Source: Alphaproteobacteria bacterium (GTDB lineage Bacteria; Pseudomonadota; Alphaproteobacteria; ATCC43930; CGMCC-115725). From it: a stretch of DNA of 48,013 bases. The position numbers and the translations under genes were made by a program. Shown here piece by piece: positions 17,440-27,080 of this stretch. The notes beneath the pieces were generated by a model that worked only from the letters and a program-made list of their open reading frames with translations, made no database searches and was not told where the DNA came from. The stretch is from positions 1-48,013 of the forward strand of contig JBFXDF010000001.1 of assembly GCA_050181375.1 (NCBI GenBank), read 5' to 3'. Each line of letters opens with the position of its first letter. Within the stretch, counting starts at the first letter, position 1.

Positions 17440-17733
17440 CTACTCGGCGCCTTCCACGATGCGGATGTCCCGCTCGACCGTATCGCCCAACAGCTGTCGA
17501 GCGGCTTGGTAGGCGGCGCTTTCATATGCGGCAATCGCGCTCTCGACGCTGTCGAACTCGATGACGACCGTGCGCAAGTCCATTCCGGCCTCGAGTGTCT
17601 TTGCCGGCGTCCCTCGCACCAGGTTGCGTCCGCCGGCTGCCCAAATCGCCGGCCCCGCCAGCTTCGCGTAGGCGTCGAGGGCTTCGGGGTCGTTGATCGA
17701 TCGATAGGTTGCAATCCAGTAAGCCTTCGCCAT
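17440..17733 (-). CDS. DUF1330 domain protein
   Basis: Internal ATG. MAKAYWIATYRSINDPEALDAYAKLAGPAI...VVIEFDSVESAIAAYESAAYQAA is typical DUF1330. Confidence 0.75.
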   Translation of the reverse strand: MAKAYWIATYRSINDPEALDAYAKLAGPAIWAAGGRNLVRGTPAKTLEAGMDLRTVVIEFDSVESAIAAYESAAYQAARQLLGDTVERDIRIVEGAE

Positions 17734-17857
17734 CGACGCTCCCACCTTCTTCCTGCGCCGTTGCCGCCCAACGCTCAACATCCTGCAACCGGGACGATAC
17801 TGTCGCGGCGCTCCGAGCGATCGGCGCCTGCCGCCAATCGCCCGGTATGTTCTCCGG

Positions 17858-18868
17858 TCAGTGCATGGTGCCGAACAGCGCGGCGACCTCGACCATGCGA
17901 TTGGAGAAGCCCCATTCGTTGTCGTACCAGGACAGCACCCGCACAAAGCGCTTGTCGAGCACCTGCGTCTGGGTCAGATCGAACGTGGAACTGTGCGAGT
18001 CGTGGTTGAAATCGACCGACACCGTCGCGTCGCGGTTGAGGCCGATAATGCCCTTGAAGCGGTTCGAGTTCGCCGCCTCCTCCATCAGCGAATTGACCTC
18101 GTCGGCGGCGGTGTCGCGCGCCGCGTCGAACTTGAAGTCGATCAGCGACACGTTCGGGGTCGGCACCCGGATCGCGGTGCCGTCGAGCTTGCCCCTCAGC
18201 TCCGGCAGGACGAGGCCAACGGCCCGCGCCGCGCCGGTCGAGGTCGGGATCAGCGACAGATTGGCGGCGCGCGCCCGCCGTAAATCGCTGTGCAGCGTGT
18301 CCTGCAGGCTCTGGTCGCCGGTATAGGCGTGGATCGTCGTCATATAGCCGCGCTCGATGCCGATCCCCTGGTGCAGCACATAGGCGACCGGCGCCAGGCA
18401 GTTGGTCGTGCACGACGCGTTCGAGATGACCTGGTGCGACGGCTTCAGCGCGTCGTTGTTGACCCCCATCACGACCGTCAGGTCGGCGCCGTCGGCCGGG
18501 GCCGAGATGATGACCTTTTTCGCGCCGGCTTCGAGATGCTTCGCGGCGGCCTCGCGCTTGGTGAAAATGCCGGTGCATTCGAGCGCGACATCGACGTTCA
18601 GCTCCCTCCACGGGAGCTTCGCCGGATCTCGTTCGGCGGTCACGCGGATCTTGCCGCGGCCGATATCCATCCAATCGTCGCCCGACGTGACCTCGCCGGG
18701 AAAGGGGCCGTGGACGCTGTCATATTTCAACAGATGCGCGTTGGTCGCGACCGGCCCCAGATCGTTGATGCCGACGACCTCGATCTCGGTGTGCTTGTGC
18801 TCGTAGGCCGCGCGCAGCACCAGCCGCCCGATGCGCCCGAACCCGTTGATTGCCACCCGTACCGCCAT
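17858..18868 (-). CDS. gap: Type I glyceraldehyde-3-phosphate dehydrogenase
   Basis: [27 protein letters not shown] and WYDNEWGF. Confidence 0.95.
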   Translation of the reverse strand: MAVRVAINGFGRIGRLVLRAAYEHKHTEIEVVGINDLGPVATNAHLLKYDSVHGPFPGEVTSGDDWMDIGRGKIRVTAERDPAKLPWRELNVDVALECTGIFTKREAAAKHLEAGAKKVIISAPADGADLTVVMGVNNDALKPSHQVISNASCTTNCLAPVAYVLHQGIGIERGYMTTIHAYTGDQSLQDTLHSDLRRARAANLSLIPTSTGAARAVGLVLPELRGKLDGTAIRVPTPNVSLIDFKFDAARDTAADEVNSLMEEAANSNRFKGIIGLNRDATVSVDFNHDSHSSTFDLTQTQVLDKRFVRVLSWYDNEWGFSNRMVEVAALFGTMH

Positions 18869-19082
18869 CTGTCTGTCCTCCAGGCCACTCCGTGCCGCCA
18901 GCTTAGAACAGACCGGACGCCTGCGGGAAGCGGCGAGCCGCGCTCGAGACCCGAGCTTGCTGCCTTCGGCGCCTCATCGGCTGCGGGACCGAGGCTCTCC
19001 GATGGCGGATGGAGCGGCGATGCCGTCCGCCTGCGATCAGGTGTTGCGGGGCCGGCCGGGCGATCGCCGGACCGCCAGCGAT

Positions 19083-19286
19083 TCAAGACGCGCTTTTCTT
19101 CTTCTGGTTTCCGAAAATCATTCGGCACAAAGCGAGGATCACCAGTGCGGCTCCAATTCCGACGAACGCGAAGAGCGCGGCAAGTTTGCCGTCGATGGGA
19201 ACCATCGGATAGACGAGCCTGAACACGACGCCGCAGGACACCGCCAGCGCAATGGACAACATCGTCAAGTACGTCACGTTGCTCAT
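19083..19286 (-). CDS. Hypothetical 67-aa membrane protein (2 TM), translationally coupled to the upstream gene
   Basis: ATGA stop/start overlap with 19283... Hydrophobic LTMLSIALAVSCGVVF and LAALFAFVGIGAALVILAL, with a KKK tail. Confidence 0.5.
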   Translation of the reverse strand: MSNVTYLTMLSIALAVSCGVVFRLVYPMVPIDGKLAALFAFVGIGAALVILALCRMIFGNQKKKSAS

Positions 19287-20563
19287 TTCGGACTGTCCGG
19301 CTTGGGTGCGTCGCGGGCTTCCGCCGTGTGAACAATATTCTTCATTAAATCCTCGACCGCCCTTTGCATCGGGTCAATCAGATCGGAAGCAATCAATATA
19401 ACATTCAGCACGCGCTGCTGCAGCGTTCCGATTCGGGCCTTGTCGCTCATGTCGTCGCGCTTGACCTGCTCCCGAAACGCCGACAACAGCACGCCATAGG
19501 CCCGAGGATCGACACCGGTCAGATCGACCAGCAGATATGGCGGGGGCACTTGTTCCTGGCTGCTCGCCGGGCGAGCGTAGCTGAACAGGTACGGGCCGCC
19601 GGACATCACGTCGGTCATGCAGAACTCGCGGATATCCTCGGGCGGGTAGCCGCATATATGGGCGAGGATCGCGCGTGCCGTTCCGTAGTCGTAAAACGTG
19701 CCCGCGAAATCCGCCCCAAGCCCATCGGCGTTGCTGCCTAACTGTTCCCGGCGTTGTTGAAACCGCGACAGCTTGCCGGATTGGATCGGCACATAAAGTA
19801 CGTTCAACTGATCGCGGCCGATTTGCAAACCTTCAACCCCCGGCGTCGATCGGAACACTTCCGCCAGAAAGCTGGCGGACCGCGGCGACTGTAACGGCAA
19901 AATCGCGTATGAATAGAGACCATAGCCGGGCGCCTCGCTGCCAATTTTCGGCAGCACGGCGTACCCGGTATCCAAGATCCGGATCGGAGACCCCGATCGC
20001 GCGACGGGGGCCGGGGTCCCGTTCGCGGCGGCCGGTGGCCGCGCGCGCTGCCCACCACCGGCGGCTCGCGGCGGCGCGGTTGGCACGGCGGCCGGCGGTG
20101 GCGGCGGGGCCGGGGCGGCGGCAGGCGGCGGGGCCGGCGCACCGTATGTGTAAACAGGGGGCGGGGCGGCAACCGGCGGAGGAGCGGGCGCGGCGACCGG
20201 TGGCGGCGCTGGCGGAACGGGCGGCGGGACTGACCCCCAGCTTGCGCCGGGCGATGGACTGACATAGGGAGGCGGCGGCGCGGCCGGCGCCGTGCTCGGC
20301 GAGTCGGTCTGCCCATAGCTGCGAGGCCGGTACGCCCGGTAGTTATGCTGCTGGTTGCCGCTCGGCGCGGACGGGTTGTACTGGGGCGTATTGGCCTGTG
20401 GCGTATTAGCCTGAGGCGTGTTGTACCGGGGCGCGCCGCCGCCCGGCTGCGGGTAGGGGTAGCAATATCCGAAATATTCATAATATCCGGGCGGGCAAGC
20501 GGCATTCGCCAGCGCCGGCAGGACCAGGGTCGCCAGAAGCAGGAAAGGGGCTGCGCGTCTCAC
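19283..20563 (-). CDS. Hypothetical secreted protein: signal peptide, Cys/Tyr-rich motif, ~170-aa Pro/Ala-rich spacer, unrecognised ~240-aa C-terminal domain
   Basis: GTG at 20563 preceded by GAGGGAGA. The track ORF starts at ATG 20593. Signal VRRAAPFLLLATLVLPALANA, then ACPPGYYEYFGYCYPYP, NTPQA x3 and poly-Pro/Ala. The C-terminal domain has no family I recognise. Confidence 0.65.
   Translation of the reverse strand: MRRAAPFLLLATLVLPALANAACPPGYYEYFGYCYPYPQPGGGAPRYNTPQANTPQANTPQYNPSAPSGNQQHNYRAYRPRSYGQTDSPSTAPAAPPPPYVSPSPGASWGSVPPPVPPAPPPVAAPAPPPVAAPPPVYTYGAPAPPPAAAPAPPPPPAAVPTAPPRAAGGGQRARPPAAANGTPAPVARSGSPIRILDTGYAVLPKIGSEAPGYGLYSYAILPLQSPRSASFLAEVFRSTPGVEGLQIGRDQLNVLYVPIQSGKLSRFQQRREQLGSNADGLGADFAGTFYDYGTARAILAHICGYPPEDIREFCMTDVMSGGPYLFSYARPASSQEQVPPPYLLVDLTGVDPRAYGVLLSAFREQVKRDDMSDKARIGTLQQRVLNVILIASDLIDPMQRAVEDLMKNIVHTAEARDAPKPDSPK
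20381..20425 (-). repeat. 3 x 15-nt in-frame tandem repeat (encodes NTPQA NTPQA NTPQY)
   Basis: CTGGGGCGTATTGGC / CTGTGGCGTATTAGC / CTGAGGCGTGTTGTA on the plus strand. Confidence 0.8.
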
Positions 20564-20764
20564 GCGAGTTTCTCCCTCGTTCGATCGCAGCATACGCCTG
20601 TCGCTCTGTCCAGACCAGCGGAACGGCTGCGGTCCAAGGCGGAGGGCCGCGCGGATCGCCTTTCCCGCCGGAAAAGGTACGGCGTGCCGCCGGGCGACGC
20701 GGCCGATCCCGCTCGTGCGCCGCGTTTGGCCGCGACGCCGATACTTCGTGTGTTGCGTCGCGCC

Positions 20765-21223
20765 TCAGTGGCCGTAGGTGCCGGTCAGCTGGGCGCGGGC
20801 AATCACGTACGGGCTCGCGGCGCCTGTGACAGCCGCGGCGGGTGCCCCCGGCGGCAGGTCGAGCGTCGGCCGGCTCAGCGCGTACAGCTCGATACGATAA
20901 CGGTGCGTGCTGCCGCGCGGCGGACACGGCCCGCGATACCCGACCGCGCCGAAATCGTTGCGCGCCTGCCGCACGCCGGCGGTCGGGTTCCGGCTGAAGC
21001 CGGCCGGCAAGCCGGTCGCCCTGGAGGGAATGCCATAGGCAGCCCAATGGTGGAATGTGCCCCCGGGCGCATCCGGGTCGTCGACCACGACAACGAGGCT
21101 TTGCGTACCGCCCGGCGCGCCCGACCAGACAAGCGGCGGCGATATGTCGGTCCCGTCGCAGGTATATTCGGCCGGGATCGCGCCGCCGGGCGGGATCGCC
21201 GGGCTGGCCAGCGCGAACGGCAT
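20765..21223 (-). CDS. YbhB/YbcL family Raf-kinase-inhibitor-like protein (PEBP)
   Basis: Internal ATG. IPAEYTCDGTDISPPLVW, VVVVDDPDAPGGTFHHW and GYRGPCPPRGSTHRYRIELYAL. Confidence 0.85.
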   Translation of the reverse strand: MPFALASPAIPPGGAIPAEYTCDGTDISPPLVWSGAPGGTQSLVVVVDDPDAPGGTFHHWAAYGIPSRATGLPAGFSRNPTAGVRQARNDFGAVGYRGPCPPRGSTHRYRIELYALSRPTLDLPPGAPAAAVTGAASPYVIARAQLTGTYGH

Positions 21224-21230
21224 CGCGCTG

Positions 21231-23237
21231 CTACACGAGCGCGCGCGCCGCTTCCGCGACCTTTTCCGCGGTGATGCCGAAATGCTCGTAGACCGCGGCG
21301 CCGGGCGCCGAGGCGCCGAAACCGTGCATCCCGACAAACGTGCCGCGCTCGCCGAGCCAGCGGTCCCAGCCGAGCCGGACCGCGGCCTCGACCGCGACGC
21401 GCGGCGCGGACCCGAGCACCGTCCGCCGGTAATCCTCGGGTTCGGCCTCGAACAATTCCCAGCACGGCATCGACACGACCGCGGCGCGGATGCCGTCCTT
21501 CGCCAGCATGTCGCGCGCCGTCATCGCCAACCCGACCTCGGAACCGGTCGCGAGCAAGGTCACCTGCCGCTCGCCGCCAGCCTCGGCCAGCACGTAGGCG
21601 CCGCGGGCGCAGCGGTTGTCAGCGCCGGCTTCGGTGCGCAACAGCGGCACGCTTTGCCGGGTCAGCGCCAGGATCGACGGATTGCGCGGGTGCTTCAGCG
21701 CCAGCGCCCAGCATTCGGCGGTCTCGACCGGATCGGCCGGGCGGAACACCAGGAGATGCGGGATCGCGCGCAGCGCCGCCAGATGCTCGACCGGCTGATG
21801 CGTCGGGCCGTCCTCGCCGAGACCGATCGAATCGTGCGTCATCACATAGATGACGCGCGCCTCCATCAGCGCCGAAAGCCGGATCGCCGGACGGGCATAA
21901 TCGGTGAAGGTCAGAAACGTCCCGCCATAGGGGATGAGACCGCCATGCACGGCGATGCCGTTCATCGCCGCCGCCATACCCATTTCGCGGATGCCGAAAT
22001 GGATGTAGCGGCCCGCGAAATCGCCGGGTTTGATCTCCCGCTCGTCCTTGACCTTGGTGTTGTTGGACGGGGTCAGATCGGCCGAACCGCCGATTATTTC
22101 GGGCACCGCCGGAAGCAGCGCCCCGAGCACCTCGCCCGAGGCCTGACGGGTAGCGATCTTCGCGTTCTTGGCGCGGAAATCGTCGCACACTTTGGCGATT
22201 GCCGCGTCAAGACCGGCCGGCAGTTCGCCCCGGAAGCGGCGTTCGAACTCGGCGCGCTTGTCGACGGGCGCGGCGGCCAGACGCCGTTCCCATTCCTGCC
22301 GTACGGCCGCGCCGCGCGACGCCGCCTGAACCCATTCGGCGCGCACATCGTCGGGAACGACAAACGGCCCGAACTCCCAGCCGAGACGCTCCTTCGCGCC
22401 CTTGATCTCGTCGGCGCCGAGCGGGCTGCCGTGCGCCGCGGCGGTGCCGGCCTTGGTCGGGGCGCCGAACGCGATGATCGTCTTGCACGCTATCAGGCTC
22501 GGGCGGTCATGCGTCTGCGCCCGGCGGATCGCGGCGGCGACCTCGTCGTGGTTGAGGCCGTCGACGCGCTCGGCCTCCCAGCCATGCGCGCGGAACCGTT
22601 CAAGCTGATCGTCGGAAACGGAAAGGCTGGTGCTGCCGTCGATCGTGATCGAGTTGTCGTCCCACAGCACGATCAGCTTGCTGAGCCTGAGATGGCCGGC
22701 CAGCGAGATCGCCTCGTGGCTGATGCCCTCCATCAGACAGCCGTCGCCGCAGATCGCATAAGTATGGTGATCGACCAGCTCGTCGCCGAATTCGGCCGCG
22801 AGATGCCGTTCGGCGAGGGCGATGCCGACCGCGTTGGCGATGCCCTGGCCGAGCGGTCCGGTCGTCGTCTCGATGCCGGGGGCAAGCCCGCGCTCGGGAT
22901 GGCCGGCGGTGCGGCTGCCGAGCTGGCGGAAGCGCTTCAGCTCGTCCAGGGTCATGTCGGGATAGCCGAGCAGATGCAACAGACCGTAAAGCAGCATCGA
23001 GCCATGCCCGGCAGACAGGACGAAACGGTCGCGATCGGGCCAGTCCGGCGCCTTTGGATCGAATTTCAGGAATTGCGTGAACAAGACGGTCGCGGCGTCG
23101 GCCATGCCCATCGGCATGCCGGGGTGCCCGGAATTGGCCTTCTCGACAGCATCCATTGCCAGCGCGCGCAAGGCGTTCGCCATCCGGCGCAGGCGAGGGT
23201 TGGCGGGCGGGGGAAGCGGGGGTGCGACGGTGTTCAT
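21231..23237 (-). CDS. tkt: Transketolase
   Basis: 668 aa, with [25 protein letters not shown] and [15 protein letters not shown]. Confidence 0.95.
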   Translation of the reverse strand: MNTVAPPLPPPANPRLRRMANALRALAMDAVEKANSGHPGMPMGMADAATVLFTQFLKFDPKAPDWPDRDRFVLSAGHGSMLLYGLLHLLGYPDMTLDELKRFRQLGSRTAGHPERGLAPGIETTTGPLGQGIANAVGIALAERHLAAEFGDELVDHHTYAICGDGCLMEGISHEAISLAGHLRLSKLIVLWDDNSITIDGSTSLSVSDDQLERFRAHGWEAERVDGLNHDEVAAAIRRAQTHDRPSLIACKTIIAFGAPTKAGTAAAHGSPLGADEIKGAKERLGWEFGPFVVPDDVRAEWVQAASRGAAVRQEWERRLAAAPVDKRAEFERRFRGELPAGLDAAIAKVCDDFRAKNAKIATRQASGEVLGALLPAVPEIIGGSADLTPSNNTKVKDEREIKPGDFAGRYIHFGIREMGMAAAMNGIAVHGGLIPYGGTFLTFTDYARPAIRLSALMEARVIYVMTHDSIGLGEDGPTHQPVEHLAALRAIPHLLVFRPADPVETAECWALALKHPRNPSILALTRQSVPLLRTEAGADNRCARGAYVLAEAGGERQVTLLATGSEVGLAMTARDMLAKDGIRAAVVSMPCWELFEAEPEDYRRTVLGSAPRVAVEAAVRLGWDRWLGERGTFVGMHGFGASAPGAAVYEHFGITAEKVAEAARALV

Positions 23238-23340
23238 CGCGCCAGTCTAGCGCGCGGAGGTTCATCCGCAAACGCCGTCCGAAGGATCCCGCTTGTATGG
23301 CAAAGCGAAGCGGCGTGCGGCCAGGGAGATGGCGCGGCTG

Positions 23341-24228
23341 TCAGGAGCGGCGGCGACGCAACCCGGCCGCTGCCATCACCGAGAGCGCCGCTCCGAGGAT
23401 CCCGATGGACGCGGGTTCGGGAATGGTCCCGGTCAGCGAGAAGGTGGCGTTGAAGGTGGTGCCGCCGACGATATCGGTGCCGATCCGCAGCCAGTCCGGC
23501 GCCAGGTCCTCGTTCCGGATCCAGCTTTGCAGATCGGTAAAGCCAGCCGGGAACGGCGTGCCCGGCGGGACGATCGGCCTGGGAGCCGACAGCCAGAAGA
23601 ACTCACCGCTGGCCGTGGTCACTTCGACCTGCGGGACAAAGAAGTAGTGACCGGGCTGCAGATCGAACGGGGTCGTGAAGTTCGTCGTGAACTGCACCTC
23701 GGTGCCGGTTACCGGTCCGTCGCCGCCTGTCGTTTGCCCCGGTTTCGGGTTGATCCCGTTTAGGACCGAATTGGCGGCGGTGAAGCTCGCGGCCAGCGTC
23801 GCGATCGAGAAGCTCAAGTTGCCGCCAGCCACATCGCGCTCCTGGATCGCGGCGTCGGAGGGCGAGTTCACGCGAGTCGGAACCCTTGGCGTCGAGAAAT
23901 CGGGCGGCCCGGTGGTGCGGCCCACATCCGAGTTGTTCGGGAACACGCTGTAGATCTCGACCCGCACGTTTCCGACATTGGCGAGGGACGCACCGCCGGT
24001 CAGAAGCCCCGTGAACGTGGCGCTGGTGATATGACCCGCGCCGGTCAGGACGAAATCGTCGGCCGATTCGATCTCGATTTTGCCGGCGCTGTCCGGGCGG
24101 CTCGCGGTAGCAATCCTGCCGTCCGGATCGCCGGTGCTGAAAAAGAACGGGGCGGCCGCCGCGGGCAGCGCGGTCAGCAGACCGATCGAGATCCCGGAAA
24201 TCGCCCATCCTGGCATGTACGATTGCAT
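23341..24228 (-). CDS. PEP-CTERM sorting-domain exported protein
   Basis: Internal ATG preceded by AGGGAGAGG. Signal MQSYMPGWAISGISIGLLTALPAAAA. C-terminus IPEPASIGILGAALSVMAAAGLRRRRS (PEP motif, TM helix, basic tail). Confidence 0.75.
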   Translation of the reverse strand: MQSYMPGWAISGISIGLLTALPAAAAPFFFSTGDPDGRIATASRPDSAGKIEIESADDFVLTGAGHITSATFTGLLTGGASLANVGNVRVEIYSVFPNNSDVGRTTGPPDFSTPRVPTRVNSPSDAAIQERDVAGGNLSFSIATLAASFTAANSVLNGINPKPGQTTGGDGPVTGTEVQFTTNFTTPFDLQPGHYFFVPQVEVTTASGEFFWLSAPRPIVPPGTPFPAGFTDLQSWIRNEDLAPDWLRIGTDIVGGTTFNATFSLTGTIPEPASIGILGAALSVMAAAGLRRRRS

Positions 24229-24617
24229 GAGTCCTCTCCCTGGGTGTTTGGAAGCTCTGCAAGCGTTCCTTGATGGTATCTTGCGAATATTCGGATGTGC
24301 CCATACGGGTACGTCAATCCTACCTTTGGTCGATGTTGGAGGCAACTCAAACCGCTTTTTCGCGGCTCCGCCAGTTGAGAAGGAACCCGCTCACGGCATC
24401 CTCGGATTGGCCACAATTGTATGTTACGGATTGGCGGTAGGAGCCGAAGGGAGAAAGGCCAACTGGGATCGGCGTTGCGGCGGGTTTCCCTGCTCCCGCC
24501 CGATCATTCGCTGTTATCGCCTCGCGAATTCCCTGTTACGCACCGTTGCGCGCCGGGAATTTTACCGATCACCCTATGATAAGGTATTGTTGTCGCGGAA
24601 TTTTCCGGGGCGGCCTG

Positions 24618-24643
24618 TGAAAAATTCCCTGCTCGCAGGGAAT
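24618..24643 (-). terminator. Rho-independent-type terminator of pgk
   Basis: ATTCCCTGC (24624-24632) pairs with GCAGGGAAT (24635-24643). On the minus strand a TTTTT run follows immediately. It begins 18 nt after the pgk stop. Confidence 0.6.
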
Positions 24644-24660
24644 CGCCGCGGGCGTGTCCG

Positions 24661-25857
24661 CTATGGCACCGCGAGCGCCGCCACCCCAGGCAATTCGCGG
24701 CCTTCGAGCCATTCGAGAAAAGCGCCGCCGGCCGTTGAGACATAGGTCAAATCGTCCGTGACGCCGGCCGCCGCCAGCGCCGCGACCGTGTCGCCGCCGC
24801 CCGCGACGCTCATCAGACTGCCGGCGCGGGTCAGTTCGGCGACCTTCCGGGCGATCGCGATCGTGCCGCGGTCGAAGGGAGGCGTCTCGAAGGCGCCGAC
24901 CGGACCGTTCCACATCAGCGTCCTCGACGCTTCGAGCGCCTGGCCGATCCGCGCCACGCTTTGCGGCCCGATATCGAGGATCATCGCGGTCGCCGGCACG
25001 GCGTTGACCCCGACCGTGCGGGTCATGACCCCCGGTTCGAGCTTCTCCGCGGTCACCGCATCCTCGGGCAGGATGATCTCGCAGCCGCTCCCCTGGGCCT
25101 CGGCGAGGATTGCGCGCGCTGTGTCGGCGAGGTCCGGCTCGCACAGCGAGCGCCCGACCGGACGCCCCTGCGCGTAGAGGAACGTATTCGCCATGGCGCC
25201 GCCGATCGCCAGCGTGTCAACCTTGCCGGTGATGAATTTTAACAGATCGAGCTTGGTCGAGACCTTGGCGCCGCCGATCAGCGCGATAACCGGCCGCCGC
25301 GGGTTTTCGAGCGCGGCCCCGAGCGCATCCAGTTCGGCCTGCATGTTCTTGCCCGCCGCCGCCGGCAGGAGGTGCGCGAGCGCCGCGATCGAGGCGTGCG
25401 CCCGGTGCGCCGCCGAGAACGCATCGTCGACATAGACATCGCCCAATGCCGCGAGCTGCTTGGCGAATCCCGGATCGTTCTTCTCCTCGCCGGGATGAAA
25501 GCGCAGGTTCTCCAATAGCGCGATCTCGCCTTGCCGCAGCGCCGCGACGACCCGCTCGGCCTCGGGTCCGACGCAATCGGGCGCGAAACGCACGGGGCGG
25601 CCGCCAGAAGCACGCGACAGCGGCTCGACCAGCGGGCGCAGCGACTGCGACGGGTCCGGTCCCTTGGGCCGGCCGAAATGCGACATCACGATCGGCCTGC
25701 CCCCACGCTCGATGATCGCGGCGAGAGTCGGCGCCAGCCGCTCGATGCGGGTCGCGTCGGTCACCTTGCCATCCTTGACCGGGACGTTCAGATCGGCGCG
25801 CACCAGGACGCGCTTGCCGGCGACATCGAGCTCATCGAGGGTGCGGAAGCGCGGCAT
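24661..25857 (-). CDS. pgk: Phosphoglycerate kinase
   Basis: Internal ATG (codon 109 of the track ORF). [35 protein letters not shown] and SVAGGGDT. Confidence 0.95.
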   Translation of the reverse strand: MPRFRTLDELDVAGKRVLVRADLNVPVKDGKVTDATRIERLAPTLAAIIERGGRPIVMSHFGRPKGPDPSQSLRPLVEPLSRASGGRPVRFAPDCVGPEAERVVAALRQGEIALLENLRFHPGEEKNDPGFAKQLAALGDVYVDDAFSAAHRAHASIAALAHLLPAAAGKNMQAELDALGAALENPRRPVIALIGGAKVSTKLDLLKFITGKVDTLAIGGAMANTFLYAQGRPVGRSLCEPDLADTARAILAEAQGSGCEIILPEDAVTAEKLEPGVMTRTVGVNAVPATAMILDIGPQSVARIGQALEASRTLMWNGPVGAFETPPFDRGTIAIARKVAELTRAGSLMSVAGGGDTVAALAAAGVTDDLTYVSTAGGAFLEWLEGRELPGVAALAVP

Positions 25858-25972
25858 TGGAGGCTCCTCTTGGGGAAGTCGATCCCGTTCGTCCGGGCGC
25901 TTTATCGCCGCGCCTCGTCCGGTTGCAAAGTCCCATTGCAAACGCCCGATCCCGCCATACCTCAAGCCCGCA

Positions 25973-27034
25973 ATGGCCAGCGCATTGGAGAAACTCGCGT
26001 TCGAGGCAACGCAGGCGGCTCGGATCGGGTGGTTTTTCGGGCACAAGGCACTCGTCGCGCGACTGACAAAACCGGCGCCGGCGCCACATCTGCACGGCCG
26101 GGCGATGCCCGACCGGCAACGGCTGATCGCCGATTTGTGGCGGCTTGTCGAGCGCGACTGGCGGAACATCGAGGCGGGCATCTACGCGCCCCCCGAGGAC
26201 GGCCGCGGCAATCCGCTCGACGGGCTGCGCCGCGCCGCCGATTTCTTCGCCGACCTCAGCGCCGTCGATGCCCGCCGCCACGGCGGGGCCGCCGACGCGC
26301 TGTTGCGCGATGACGAAGCCGAGCGCTATCCGCCCTATTACCGCCGCATGTTCCATTTTCAGAGCGACGGCTACCTTAGCGAGGCCTCGGCGGAACGTTA
26401 CGACTACCAGGTCGAGGTGCTGTTCGGCGGCGGGGCTTCCCTGATGCGCCGGCAGGCGCTGGTGCCGCTGCGCGCGGCCCTGCGGAGACATCCGAAGGGC
26501 GCCGCGGACGCCCGGCTGCTCGATATCGGTTGCGGCACCGGCAGCTTTTTGCGCGAGGTCAAGCGCAATTTCCCGCGCCTTGCGGTCACTGGGCTCGATC
26601 TCTCGGAACCATATCTCGCGGTAGCCGGACAGCGCCTCGCGGATTGGTCGCGAGTCGCGCTGATTCCCGCCGCGGCGGAGGCGATTCCGCTGCCGGATAA
26701 CGAATTCGAAATCGTCAGTTGCATATACTTGTTTCATGAGCTACCCGCGGTCGTGCGACGTGCCGTCGTTAACGAGATTCACCGAGTGTTGAAGCCTGGC
26801 GGCACGCTGATTTTTGTGGATTCGCTGCAAACCGGCGACAAACCGGACTACGACGCCCTACTCGACTATTTCCCAATCGCTTTTCATGAGCCATATTACG
26901 CAAGTTATCTTGCCGAGAACCTTGACGGGCTGTTCAGCCCAGGCTTCACCCGCGAGGAACGCTCGCTCGCTTACTTTTCGAAGGTCCTAAGTTACCGTTG
27001 CGGCAGCCTCCCCCCGGCTTGCCACAACATCTAG
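25973..27034 (+). CDS. Class I SAM-dependent methyltransferase
   Basis: Internal ATG. Motif [12 protein letters not shown], and post-I/II DLSEPYL...[12 protein letters not shown]...[11 protein letters not shown]. The last ~340 nt are much lower in G+C. Confidence 0.8.
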   Translation: MASALEKLAFEATQAARIGWFFGHKALVARLTKPAPAPHLHGRAMPDRQRLIADLWRLVERDWRNIEAGIYAPPEDGRGNPLDGLRRAADFFADLSAVDARRHGGAADALLRDDEAERYPPYYRRMFHFQSDGYLSEASAERYDYQVEVLFGGGASLMRRQALVPLRAALRRHPKGAADARLLDIGCGTGSFLREVKRNFPRLAVTGLDLSEPYLAVAGQRLADWSRVALIPAAAEAIPLPDNEFEIVSCIYLFHELPAVVRRAVVNEIHRVLKPGGTLIFVDSLQTGDKPDYDALLDYFPIAFHEPYYASYLAENLDGLFSPGFTREERSLAYFSKVLSYRCGSLPPACHNI

Positions 27035-27050
27035 GTGAGGGTTGGCAGGA

Positions 27051-27080
27051 ACCCACAAGTGCAGTATATATCTTGTGGGT
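27051..27080 (+). promoter_or_regulatory. 9-bp perfect inverted repeat around an AT-rich core, 37 nt upstream of the gcrA-like start
   Basis: ACCCACAAG-tgcagtatatat-CTTGTGGGT. The loop contains TATATAT (-10-like). It could equally be the methyltransferase terminator. Confidence 0.35.

Noticed and set aside
19900-20330. Highly repetitive GC-rich DNA (GGCGGCGG/GGGGC runs) that could resemble a spacer-less repeat array.
   Set aside because: It is the in-frame Pro/Ala-rich region of the secreted protein. There is no regular repeat-spacer periodicity, so it is not a CRISPR array.
24229-24320. A possible sigma54 (-24/-12) promoter upstream of the PEP-CTERM gene (TGGGCAC...TCGCA and GG-N5-TTGCA on the minus strand).
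   Set aside because: The GG-to-GC spacing is about 17 nt in the first case. In the second case there are 5 nt between GG and TTGC where 8 are expected. Neither fits the TGGCAC-N5-TTGC geometry.
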